Assembly (NCBI RefSeq): GCF_009914755.1
Contig: NC_060945.1
From: the human T2T-CHM13v2.0 reference genome, Homo sapiens
Direction: 5' to 3' (one strand)
Length of the DNA: 64,000 bases
Below are positions 1 to 11,429 of the stretch, piece by piece. Positions within the stretch are counted from its first letter, which is position 1; every line of letters starts with the position of its first letter. The notes below the pieces were generated by a model. It was not told the origin of the DNA, did not search any database, and was given only the letters and a program-made list of their open reading frames with translations. A program made the translations under genes and the position numbers.

Positions 1-526
1 TTCACTATAAAAACATCATTGAAAAGATCAGAATAAACGCTGTTAGTGCTTCTATAGATATGCAGAAACCAAGACACCCATGTAGAACTGACTCCCAATC
101 AAAGAAGTGCGTTACATACCCCGTCCTCCACATGTCCTTCCTGGATGACCTCAACTCCCCATAACTTCAACTACTGCTTGTACCCTAGTGACTTCTAAAT
201 CTGTCTCTCTCAACTCTAAGTAACTATGGAAACTTGGGTGCTATAACCAAAATAGTATTATAGTATCCTTTTTTTTTTTGTTTACTCCAATTATGTTCTC
301 TTCCTGCATTACTCAGTTCAGTAAGTCTTGTCAATATTTATTTGTTATTCTAAACTAGTAAATCGCAGATATTATTTGAATATTTGTTTCTTATACTAAG
401 TCATTAAAGCCCTGTTGATTTTCTTGAATATATATATTTTTTCAATTTTTACTCCTCTTGCCCATTTCTGTCTCAGTCCAGACCCTCAAAATCCTACTCT
501 TCCTACTTTGGACTATAACTACAGCA

Positions 527-824
527 TTTTTTTTTTTTTTTTTTTGAGAGGTAGTCTCACCCTGTCCCCCAGGCTGGAGTACAATGGTGCAGTGCAGCTC
601 ACTGCAACCTCTGCTTTCCGGGTTCAAATGATTCTCCCGCCACAGCCTCCGGAGTAGCTAGGACTACAGGTGCATGCCACCACACCTGGCTAATTTTTGT
701 ATTTTTAGTAGAGATGGGTTTTCACTATGGTGGCCAGGCTGGTCTCGAACCCCTGACCTCATGATCCGCCCACCTCAGCCTCCCAAAGTGCTAGGATTAC
801 AGGCATGAGTCACCGCACCCGGCC
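527..824 (-). mobile_element. Alu SINE (AluSg-like), full length
   Basis: Poly-T followed by an antisense Alu dimer ending cccggcc. Diagnostic ggccaggctggtctcgaac..cctcatgatcc. Flanking repeat ctacagc at 519-525 and 827-833. Confidence 0.95.
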
Positions 825-874
825 AGCTACAGCTCTTTCAGTTGGTCTCCCTGTTTCTATGATCACCCCTTCAG

Positions 875-982
875 TTCTACCCTCTACATGATTCCCTATG
901 TGATTTTTCTAAGAGACAATTATTTCATTTCTACCCTCTACACAGCTCCCCACGTGATTTTTCTAAGAGACAATTATTTCAT
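875..982. repeat. 54-bp tandem duplication (2 copies)
   Basis: ttctaccctctac-N12-gtgatttttctaagagacaattatttcat at 875-928 and 929-982. Confidence 0.9.
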
Positions 983-1077
983 TTCAGGCTCAGAAAACTT
1001 AATTCTCCTATCAATAGTACTTAGAATTTCCCCTGAACTCCAAGGTGCAGATGGATTCCTAGCCAAGTAGAAAGTGA

Positions 1078-1150
1078 TTATACATTTCTATTTCATTTCT
1101 ATTTCTATTACATTTCTATTTCTATTACATTTCTATTTCATTCTATTTCC
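1078..1150. repeat. (ATTTCT)n-based low-complexity repeat
   Basis: Repeated attacatttctatttct and atttct units. Confidence 0.85.
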
Positions 1151-1433
1151 ATAAATCATACATGCCTATATTTTATGTAATATTTAATATTCGAATTAAG
1201 TTTTACACTTACCAATACATACTACAAATATCACAACCGTCTTCAAATATCAGGCTTACTTTTGTCTTAATCTTTCCACTCTGCTGGTCTGTGCATTGTA
1301 AAAATTTTGTTATGGGCTTTATAAATAAAGTTCTTTCAGTTCTTTTATAGAATAGTGTAGTAACCTATTTAAATAAATCTTTTTTAAATAGTTTGCATTA
1401 CAGAAGTATATGGCTGAGCTGCTAGCAGATCTT

Positions 1434-1620
1434 AACATTCTTAATTCTAAAACTATTAATAGTAAATGTAAAAAATATATAATTCTGATTAAAAACAACG
1501 TTCTTAATTCTAAAACTATTAATAGTAAACATAAAAATATATAATTCTGATTAAAAACAACGTTAATTCTAAAACTATTAATAGTAATCATAAAAATATA
1601 TAATTCTGATTGAAAAACAA
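1434..1620. repeat. AT-rich minisatellite, about 3 x 60-63 bp
   Basis: Three copies of ttaattctaaaactattaatagtaa..aaaaatatataattctgatt(g)aaaaacaa. Confidence 0.9.
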
Positions 1621-4600
1621 TTTTAAACATCTCTCTTTAGTTGAAAGCTCTCCCTCCTTATGGCTTCAATGTGAATTCTGTCACAATGCACTTAGTGATG
1701 AGCATTAAAAAGCCCACTTATAATTTGTCATTAGAAATTATAGTGAGAAATATTTTTTAAGACACAATGCTAGTTACATGGATGAAGCCCTCTCCCATCC
1801 CTCCCCTTTGTTATAAAGGAGTTGACATTATCAAGTGCAAGGGCTTCAGATTTAAGACGGGAATTTAGGAGAAGACTCTAGTTAAAATAAGTATTTGAAG
1901 TTATATTGAATATAGGAATTTCAATAAAGAGAAATTTTGATGTTATTGCAATGAGAGTAAAATTAAACTGTAGGGTACAGTCCTAATTTTGTGTATGTGT
2001 AGTAACAATTCTGCAAGTATTAAGAGAAATAACTTGTTATTTAAGATAAAAAAAAAACCCATGGATGAGGTAATACAATCTTTACTGACCATCTAGACAC
2101 AAGCTTGTTACAAGAACATAACCTTGGCAGATGGATCTCCAATTGCTGCATGTCAAAAAGTCAGTCTGCCACCTCACCTGAGGGTGGAGAACCTCTTATA
2201 CCAAATATACCTATAAAAAAGTTTTCTTTTTTCTATATTCAATGGACTTTTAATTTCAAACTATTTTATATTAGAGTTCATTACAATGACATTTGAAAAA
2301 TGTTAATATCTCCATGTATTTTGATGTCTCATTTATTATTAAAGTTTATATTTTGATACATAAAAGCTAAGCCTTTGGAAGGCTTCTTATCAATGTGTAA
2401 CTTCTTCAGTAACAATAACATTTAGATAAGGAATATTTTGGAGATGGGAAATATTACAAACCATCTCAGTGAATCCTTGTGACATTTATCTCATTTATAA
2501 TGACTTTAGTGGGTGTTGATAATGAAGTGTCTATTATTAATACTCCTACATAGGAAAACTTTTTGAAATAGACAAAACGTTAGCAACTTTAATCTGGAAT
2601 ACAAGGTTAGTACTAGCTTAAAAGTTTTTAAATTAAGGTGAAAATCTGAAAGTAATGCCAGGCAACAAGTTTTAAAAATGACATCCATAAGGTGAATAAA
2701 AAATTCAGCAGCAAGTGAAATTGGTTGCATTTTGAGTAGATTTCAGACTGTAGTTTTACCTTAATAAATACATCAATTGCAGTCTTTCTGAGTGATTAGC
2801 TTTAATCATCATCCATCTTTTGCATCAGTAATGTATGGCATGGCATGAAGCCTTTTTATACTTCTAATGATTACATTAAATTGACTTAAACTTTCAGGAA
2901 GATTCTATGAGTTTTTCTATTTTAAATTATTAACCTGAAAAAAATTTCCACCTTATCTTTTTACTGCATGAATTCTAATGATTATTCAACCGGCATTATT
3001 TATCTGAATTAAAAAGTGCAATATTCACATTGAGATTTCAGTTCATTTTTTTTCTAAATCTATCTTTCAGGAAGGAAAAAATAGCTAAGAATAAAAAGAT
3101 TAGCTTTATATTTTACCTGGCTTACCTCCCAATCTCAGACACCTCAAAATATATAATGTGTTTATTAGTGATTAATTATTTTTATTAGGTATTCACAATC
3201 ATTTATGTAACTTATTACATACTATGTTATTTTCAGACTATATGTAGATTATATTTATCTTGATGTAATTTAATAAAATAAACTTTATTTTTAAAAAACA
3301 GTTAAAAATAAATTTCATAACATTTAGCTTGGGATAGAAGGTCATTTTTTTTCTTATAATTCTGATTTTGCATCACTTAGACATGGAATTAAACAGATGT
3401 GTGAGCTGAAATGTCGAAAGAATACTTTGATTATTTTAGTGGCTGAGACATGAATCTAATGGATTACTGCTGAATAAATTGCTGAGCTATTGACATCATA
3501 ATGGCTGATGGAATTGATTATATAGAAAATAGCCACTGTTTTTCTAGTGATTGAGTGATGGAAAAGATCTCATTTTGCCTGTCAGCCTTTATGAAATTAT
3601 CCCTGGAAAGAACAGGCTATGTGCATGTCTGTTAGAACAATGAGAATTGCTAAATAACTTCTGACTTAGACACAAGTCACTTGTCACATGAGCAAAATTT
3701 AATAACAGACTTTAAGCAATAGTCTTGGATATGGGGCACTCTAAGAATTTCTAAATTAGACTGTTATTACTTGCTGGTGTTTGCTGTTCTGAAGAACATT
3801 ACACAGGCTTTATGTAAGTTTCTTTTGAAGACAAAGTAGTAATGTATATGAGGTAATAACATACATATCGAGACATTGCTATAAAGAATAGATGATATAG
3901 AGAGGGATGGATGCATTGTATTTTCCCCTGTGCTTTTAAAAGTTTTCGCTTGACTAATTGATTCAAATACTTGAAGAGGAACTTGTGGTGGGCTGTCCTT
4001 TTTGATATGTTTAAAATTTCCCCTAAAATTTTTTCTTACTTTTTTCTTCCACATTCTGTTATTAGGTTTTCTAAGTTTATTTTCTATGGAAAAAGAATTA
4101 AGAGAAAAATTAATCCACTCCTGGGAAAGACTAGAATATGGAAGTCTTCAGGCTGAGTCAGAGAAAATTTCTTTTCAAAGTTTAGATTAAAAATGTTGCT
4201 GATTGTGGAGACTGAGAAGAAAAGGAGAGAGATTTGAGGAGCCCGTAGAAAGAATGGGGAGTTGATACATTTGCAGGGACAATGACTAAGGACCAGATGT
4301 AACGAAGGATGTCTGGGCAGGGGCCACAGTAGTTTGATAAAGAGATAGTTACTAATGGCCTATTTCCAAGCCAGCTTCTCAAACTTAAATGTAATCACAA
4401 AGAAAAGGGGGTAGTAAATTGATTGAGTTTGAAAAATTAAGATGTCTTTTTTGATATTTGAATTTTTGAATGTATATTCAGAGTCACTTCTATTTCAGAA
4501 TGACAACTTCTATTATCCACTCAGAAAATGCAGGAAATTCATTCTTTAATTATAACTACATGGACTAAAGAATGCTCTCAGCCTCATGCCACCTTCTTTG

Positions 4601-4833
4601 GGTTGATGGAACTTCTGAGAAAATGGGTTATGAGTTATAGAGCGTCACGCTTTGCCAACCTCTGAAAATGCCAATATTCATGTCTGTGGTTTCAGGCAAA
4701 AATATTCTAGTACTGTAATTCTAGAAAGAGAACAAATTAGAAAGATTGCTCTGCAAATGTCAAAATAAATTCCAAGACATCTCTTTCCCCATGTTTACCA
4801 TACAATTCCCTGTGACCGTAATTGAAACTATAA

Positions 4834-5025
4834 AGTCAGACACTCTTGGATTGACCCTTCATCACCACTCCTTACTACCTATGGGAACTTGGGCAAGATA
4901 CTTAACCTCTCTTGGTCTCAGTTTCATTATATTTAAAATTAGGATTATTATTTGTATCTCACAGGTTGTAGTAAGAATATACGGAAAACTGGTACATGGT
5001 ATTTAATCAATGGTAGCTATTTTTA
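4834..5025 (+). mobile_element. MIR SINE
   Basis: Core ttgggcaagatacttaacctctcttggtctcagtttc..cacaggttgtagtaagaat. Confidence 0.8.
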
Positions 5026-5122
5026 TAATGATAACTTCCACATTGCTCATTTCCATCATCTGCCTGCTAATAGGCACTGTTCTATTTTGTGTCCATCTGT
5101 ACATGATCTCTATGTCTGCCTT

Positions 5123-7237
5123 TGCTATGGTCTAAATGTTATTGTACCCCCAAAATGCATACAACAAAATCCTGACCTATAAGATAATGGCGTTAGGAGG
5201 TGGATATTTGAAAGGTGATTAGGTAACAGGAGCAGGACTGTCGTGAGTAGGATTAGTGCCTTTATAAAAGAGTCTCTAGAGAGATCTCTCCTCTTTTCTA
5301 CCACCCGAGGACACAGCAAAAAGACAGCTGTTTACAAGTCAGGACGTGAGCCCTTCCCAGACACTGAATCTGGAAGCATCTCGATCTTGGACTTCTCAGC
5401 TTCCAGAACTGAGAAAGATAAATTTCTGTTGTTTATATGCCACCTAGTTTATGGCATTTTGTTATAGTAGCCTGCATGGACTAAGACAGAGAACTGGTAC
5501 CAAGAAGTGGGGGCACTGCCATAACAAATACCTAAAAATGTGGAAGTGGCTTTGGAATAGGATAATGGATAGAGATTGGAAGAGTTGTGAAGTGCATGCT
5601 AGAACAAACTTCTTAGAGAATACCTGAACAGATGTTGGTAGAAATATGGAAGGTAAAGGCCATGCTGATGAGATCTCAAATGGAAATGAGGAACATGTTA
5701 TTGGAGGAAAGACCATCTTGTTGTGAAGTGGCAAAAAACTTTGTTCAAATTGTGTTCATGTCCAAGTATTTTGTAGAAGATAGAACTTGTGTAAGATGAA
5801 ATTGGATATTTGAGAAAATATCTAAGCAAAATGTTGAAGGTATGGCTTGGCTTCTCTTGATGGCTTTTAGTAAAAGGCAAGAAGAGAAAAATGATTTAAA
5901 GATGAAGTTGTTTATTAAAAAAGAAGCAGAACTTGAAGATTTGGAATATTCTGAGCCTATTCATTCTGAAAAGAATGAGAGAGCCTATCTGGGAGAGAAC
6001 ACAAAGGATGTGGTCAAGATTAACTGATAGGGAGATTAGTTAGTTATTTAAACAGAAGCCAGGAACTATTGTCTAAGACAATAGAAGAATGATCCAGAGT
6101 CAATTTGCATTACAGGTCTAGGGTGCAAGAGCCCCAGCAAGGGTGGAGCCACTGGAGAGAGCCCTCATTAGGGCAATGCCTAGTGGATTCATGGGGCCAG
6201 GGCCACTTTTGTGATCTCAGACAGGTAGAGCCACCAAAGTGAAATTCCATCCCCAGGGAGCTGTGGTCTCCAGACAGAGGAACAGAGCTGCCACACAGAT
6301 TGGGCCACTTCAGAGAACTGCTACAAGAATGGGACCACCTAAAGTTGTGGGATTAGGGTTGTTTGGAACCTTGGCGGCCTATTTACTGACCTGAAAAGCT
6401 GTTGGGGAGCCACCCCAGTGGGGCCAGAATGTGAGACTCCTGGCTCAGTGAGTCTGGAAGGCAGGATTCCCACCTCAGTGTGCATGGAGGGTAGAGCATT
6501 AAGTCAAAGAATACCTTCAAACCCTAAGGCTTTGGAGCTACTTGGGATCTGTCACTCATTTCTTCTTTCCTATTTTCCCTTTTGGAATGGGATTGTCTGT
6601 CCTGTGCCTGTCACACCATTGTTTCTTGGAAATGTATAACTTCTTTGATTTCATAAGTTTGCAGGTGAATGGGAATTTGCCTCCTGAGGCAAATCATACC
6701 TTAAGTCTCACCCATATCTGATTTAAGTAATATTTATATGAGACTTTGGACTTTAGACTTTTGAGTTAATGCTGGAGCAAGTTAAGATTTTGGAGCTATT
6801 GGGATGGGATGAATATATTTTGCAGGATTGAAGGATATAAATTTTGGGGGCCAAGGGACAGAGGGCTATGGTCCAAATGTTTGTGTCCCTCTAAAATTTA
6901 TATGTAGAAATCCTTACCTCTAAGGTGATTGTATTAGGAGGTGGAATCTTTGGGAAGTAATTAGGTCATGGGGATGAAGCTTTCACGGATGAGATTAGTG
7001 CCCTTACAATAGAGACTCCAGAGAGCTCCTTTGCCCATTTTGCAATGTGAGGACACATTGAAAGAGTGTGAAAGAGTGCTGTTTAGGACGCAAACCCTCA
7101 CCAAACGCTGAATCTGCCAACACCTTGATCTTGGACTTCCAAGCCTCCCGAATTGTGAGAAATAAATTTCTGTGTTTCTAAGCCACTAAGTCTATGATAT
7201 TTTTGTAGCAGTCTGAATGGACTATTGGAATAAGACA
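5123..7237 (+). mobile_element. Complete MaLR provirus, MLT1A0-type (LTR 5123-5488, internal 5489-6863, LTR 6864-7237)
   Basis: Both LTRs run tgctatggtc..taagaca. Internal part starts gagaactggtacc and ends in a purine-rich tract. 5-bp TSD gcctt/acctt. Confidence 0.9.
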
Positions 7238-7359
7238 ACCTTATTACCATCATCAGTAATCAACTTTCTCCTTCTTTTCCCAACCCCTGCTAGGGATGGA
7301 CTCTGCCATATGTTATGTACAATGGCCTTGAAGAAGAACGGGAGATTTAAGAGTAATTT

Positions 7360-7500
7360 CAGTATAACGTGTGGTTAGAAGTATGGACTTGAGTCAAACT
7401 ATTGGGTTTATAATTCAGGGTCTGCCATTTACACGATATCTCTTTCTCTGGATAAGTGGATTATTCTTTCTGTGCCTAGCCTTCTTCATTTGTAAAACGG
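7360..7500 (+). mobile_element. MIR fragment interrupted by THE1
   Basis: gtggttagaagtatggacttgagtcaaac..ctgtgcctagccttcttcatttgtaaaa. Confidence 0.7.
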
Positions 7501-7876
7501 TGTATTAGTCTGTTCTCCTGCTGCTAATAAAGACATACCCAAGACTGGGTAATGAGACTGGGTAATTTATAAAGGAAAGAGGGTTGAGGGACTCACAGTT
7601 CCACATGGCTGGGGAGGGCTCACAATCATGGCAAAAGGCAAAGGAGAAGGAAAGGCACCTCCTATATGGCAGCAGGCAAGAAAGTGTGTGCAGGGGAACT
7701 CCCCTTTATAAAACCATCAGATCTTGTGAGACGTATTCACTATCACAAGAACATCATGGGAAAACCTGTCCCCATGATTAAATTATCTCTCACCAGGTCC
7801 CTCCCACGACATGTGGGGATTATGGGAGCTACAATTCAAGATGAAATTTGAGTGGGGACACAGCTAAACCATGTCA
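7501..7876 (-). mobile_element. THE1 solo LTR (THE1C-like)
   Basis: tgtattagtc..ggggacacagctaaaccatgtca. TSD aacgg/aatgg. Confidence 0.92.
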
Positions 7877-8149
7877 AATGGTTTAGAATATTAAATGTAC
7901 TAAAAAGCAGTTAACAGATATTATTGCAAATACATCGACTTTTGAATTAATCTTTCTTTTCTCATACTTAGAACTTATTTCATTTCTGTTTATATTTTTA
8001 TCAGTTAATATTCCCTATATGGCTATGAGTTTCTCAAAGATAAGAATGCCTTATTCATGTAACACAAATGACCATAGATTTCCACTCTTCTTTACTACAT
8101 ATTACTTGCTTAGTGGTGTTTTGTTGTCATTTATATTCTTTTTTACATA

Positions 8150-8345
8150 TTAGGGAGTTTATGGATGTTGTCTCATTTAGTTCTCAAAGAGCTTTATGAG
8201 CTAGGTAATATTTTCCACAACTCAAGAAGAAATGGAGGCTCAGAAATGTAGGTAACTTGTCTAAGGTCCTACAGCTAACATGAATCAGACACAAGATTTG
8301 CACCCAGTTTGAATCACAGCCCATGTTCATATTCACTATGCTACA
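8150..8345 (-). mobile_element. MIR SINE
   Basis: gaaatggaggctcagaaatgtaggtaacttgtctaaggtcctacagcta. Confidence 0.8.
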
Positions 8346-8717
8346 TGGCTTCTTTTTATTTGTTTATCTGCATATATTTAGGAGGTATAAGTGCAGATTT
8401 CTTACTTGCATATATTGTATAGTGGTAAAGCCTGGGCTTTTAGTATACCCATCACCTAAATAGTGAATATTGTACCCAATAGGTATTTATTTTAACCCTC
8501 ATTTCCCTCCAAACCTTTTGTGGACTCCAGTGTCTATTATTCTTCTCTGTATGTCCATGTGTACTGACTGTTTAGCTCCCATTTATAAGTGAGAACATGT
8601 GGTCTTTAACTTTCTGTCTGAGTTATTTCACTTAAGAGAATGACTTCTAGTTCCAACTTTGTTGCTGCAAAAACACATGATTTTATTTTTCTTATGCCAT
8701 AAAACACATGATTTTAC

Positions 8718-9012
8718 GGTATATATATACCATAGAATATTATATATATATCACAGATATATACCATAGAATATTATATATATATCACATATATATACCA
8801 TAGAATATTATATATCACACATATACCATAGAATATTATATATATATCACATATATATACCATATTACCATAGAATATATGTATCACACATATATACCAT
8901 AGAATATTATATATATACCATATGTATGTGATAAATATAAAACTTGTATATATACACACATATACCATAGAATATTATATATAATCACATATATATACCA
9001 TATGTATATCAC
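8718..9012. repeat. AT-rich minisatellite (unit about atatataccatagaatattatatatatatcac)
   Basis: About 7 copies of ccatagaatat separated by (TA)n runs, inside the L1. Confidence 0.9.
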
Positions 9013-9158
9013 ATTTTCTTTATACAATCATCTGTTAATGGACACTTCAGTTGATTCTGTGACTTTACTATTATGAATAGTGCTGTGACAAACCATACAA
9101 GGGCAGGTATCTTTCTGATGTAATAATACCTACTCGTGTATGCTTATCACAGTACTAT

Positions 9159-9254
9159 TCACAATAGCAAAATAATAGAATTTGCTATAATCACAATAGC
9201 AAAATAATAGAATTTGCTATAATCACAATAGCAAAATAATAGAATTTGCTATAA
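9159..9254. repeat. 3 perfect copies of a 32-bp hairpin-containing unit
   Basis: tcacaatagcaaaataatagaatttgctataa x3. Each unit has the inverted repeat atagcaaa/tttgctat. Confidence 0.95.
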
Positions 9255-10785
9255 TCCTACACAGTAGTGGGATTGCTAGATTGAATGGCAGTCCTATATT
9301 CAGTTCTTTAAGACATAGTCATACTGTTTTTCATAAATTTGCTACTAATTTACATTCTTACCAACAGTGTATAAGCATTCTCTTTTTCTCTGCATCCCTG
9401 CCAACATCTATTGTTTTCTGACTTTTTAATGACAGCCATTCTGACCGGTCTAAGATGGTATCTCTTGTGGTTTTGACTTGCATTTCTCTGTTGATTAGTT
9501 ATGTTGAGCCCTTTTTCATGTTTGTTAGCTGCTTATATGTCTTCTTTTGAAAATTATTAGTTCATGTTCTTTGCTCCCTTTTTAATTGGGTTATTTGTTT
9601 ATTTCTTGTTGAACTATTTGAGTTCTTTGTAGATTCTGAATATTAGCCCTTTGTTGGACGCATAGTTTGTAAATATCTTCTTCCATTCTGTAGCTTTTCT
9701 GTTTGTTCTGTTGATTGTTTTGCTTGTCAGAAGCTTTTAGGTTTAATTAAGTCTCATTTGTTTATCTTCATTTTTGTAGCATTTGTTTTTGAAGACTTGG
9801 TTATAAATATTTTGCCAAGGCCAATGTCCAGAAGAGTTTTTCCCAGATTTTCTTCAAGGATATTGATAGTTTCAAGTTCTATATTTAGGTCTTTAATTAA
9901 TCTTGAGTTGATTTTTGTATATGGTGAGAGGTATGGGTTCAAGTTTATTCTTCTGCAGATGGTTATCCAACTTTCCCGGCATCATTTATTGAATAGAATG
10001 TTCTTTCCTGAGCATATATTTTTGTTGACTTCATCAAAGATCAGTTGGTTGTAGGTATGTGGCTCTATTTCTGGGTTCTCCATTGTGTTCCATTGATCTA
10101 TGTGACTATTTTTATTTTTATACTAGTACCTTCTGTTTTAGTCACTATAGCTTAGTAGTATAATTTGAAGTCAGGTAATATAATGCCTCCAGCATTGTTC
10201 TTTTTGCTTAGGATTGCTTTGACTATTTAAGCTCTTTTTTGGTTCCATATTAATTTTATGATTTATTCCCCTAATTCTGTGAAAAATGACATTGGTAACT
10301 CGATAGGGATTGCCTTGAATCTATGAATTGCTTTGGGCAGTATGGTCATTTTAACTACATTTATCCTTGCAATCTATGAGCATGGGATGTTTTCCCATTT
10401 GTTTATGTCATCTGCAATTTATTTTACTAGTGTTTTATAGTTCTCCTTATAGAGATACTTTACCTCCTTTGTTAAATATATTCCTAGCTATTTTATTTGT
10501 TTTATAACTAGTGTAAATGGAATTGCCTTCGGATTTTGTCTTTGGCTGGATCATTATTAGTGTATAGAAATGCCACTGATTTCTGTACATAGTTTCATGT
10601 CCTGAAACTACTCAATTCATTTATCAAATCTAAGAGTTTTTTGGTGGAGTCTCCAGATGTTACTAGATATAAGATCATATATCATCAGTGAACAAGGATC
10701 ATTTGACTTACTCTTTTCCAATTTGGATGCTTTTTACTTTTATTTTTTTCTTGCCTGATTACTCCAGTGAGAACTTACAGTACTA

Positions 10786-11149
<364 letters not shown>

Positions 11150-11429
11150 TTAGAGGGAATGCTTTTAACTTTTCTCGTTAAGTATGATGTTGGCTGTGGG
11201 TTTGTCATATATTGCCTTTTTTACATTGAGATATGTTTCTTCTGTGGCTAGTTTGTTGAGGAATTTTATCACAAAGCAATGCTGAATTTTATTTACTACT
11301 TTTTCTGCATCTATTGAGATGATCATTTGGTTTTTGTCCTCAACCCTGTTTATATAATGTATCACATTTATTGATTTGCATATGTTTAACCATCCGTACA
11401 TCTCTGGAATAAATCCCACCTGATCCTGG

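Larger units (their letters stand above)
140..985 (+). mobile_element. L2 LINE remnant, split by an Alu
   Basis: Diverged L2 3'-region motifs (ataacttcaactact..gacttctaaatctgtctct; ttggtctccctgtttc..ttctaccctctac..gtgatttttctaa). Ends approximate. Confidence 0.5.

Noticed and set aside
1319-1630. 103-aa hydrophobic ORF with internal repeats
   Set aside because: Artefact of the AT-rich minisatellite.
7060-7566. Micro tandem duplications (tgaaagagtg x2; agactgggtaat x2; similar at 60408)
   Set aside because: Ordinary slippage indels.
9159-9254. Palindromic 32-bp repeats resembling a CRISPR array
   Set aside because: No spacers, no cas genes, primate DNA, and the unit derives from adjacent L1 sequence.
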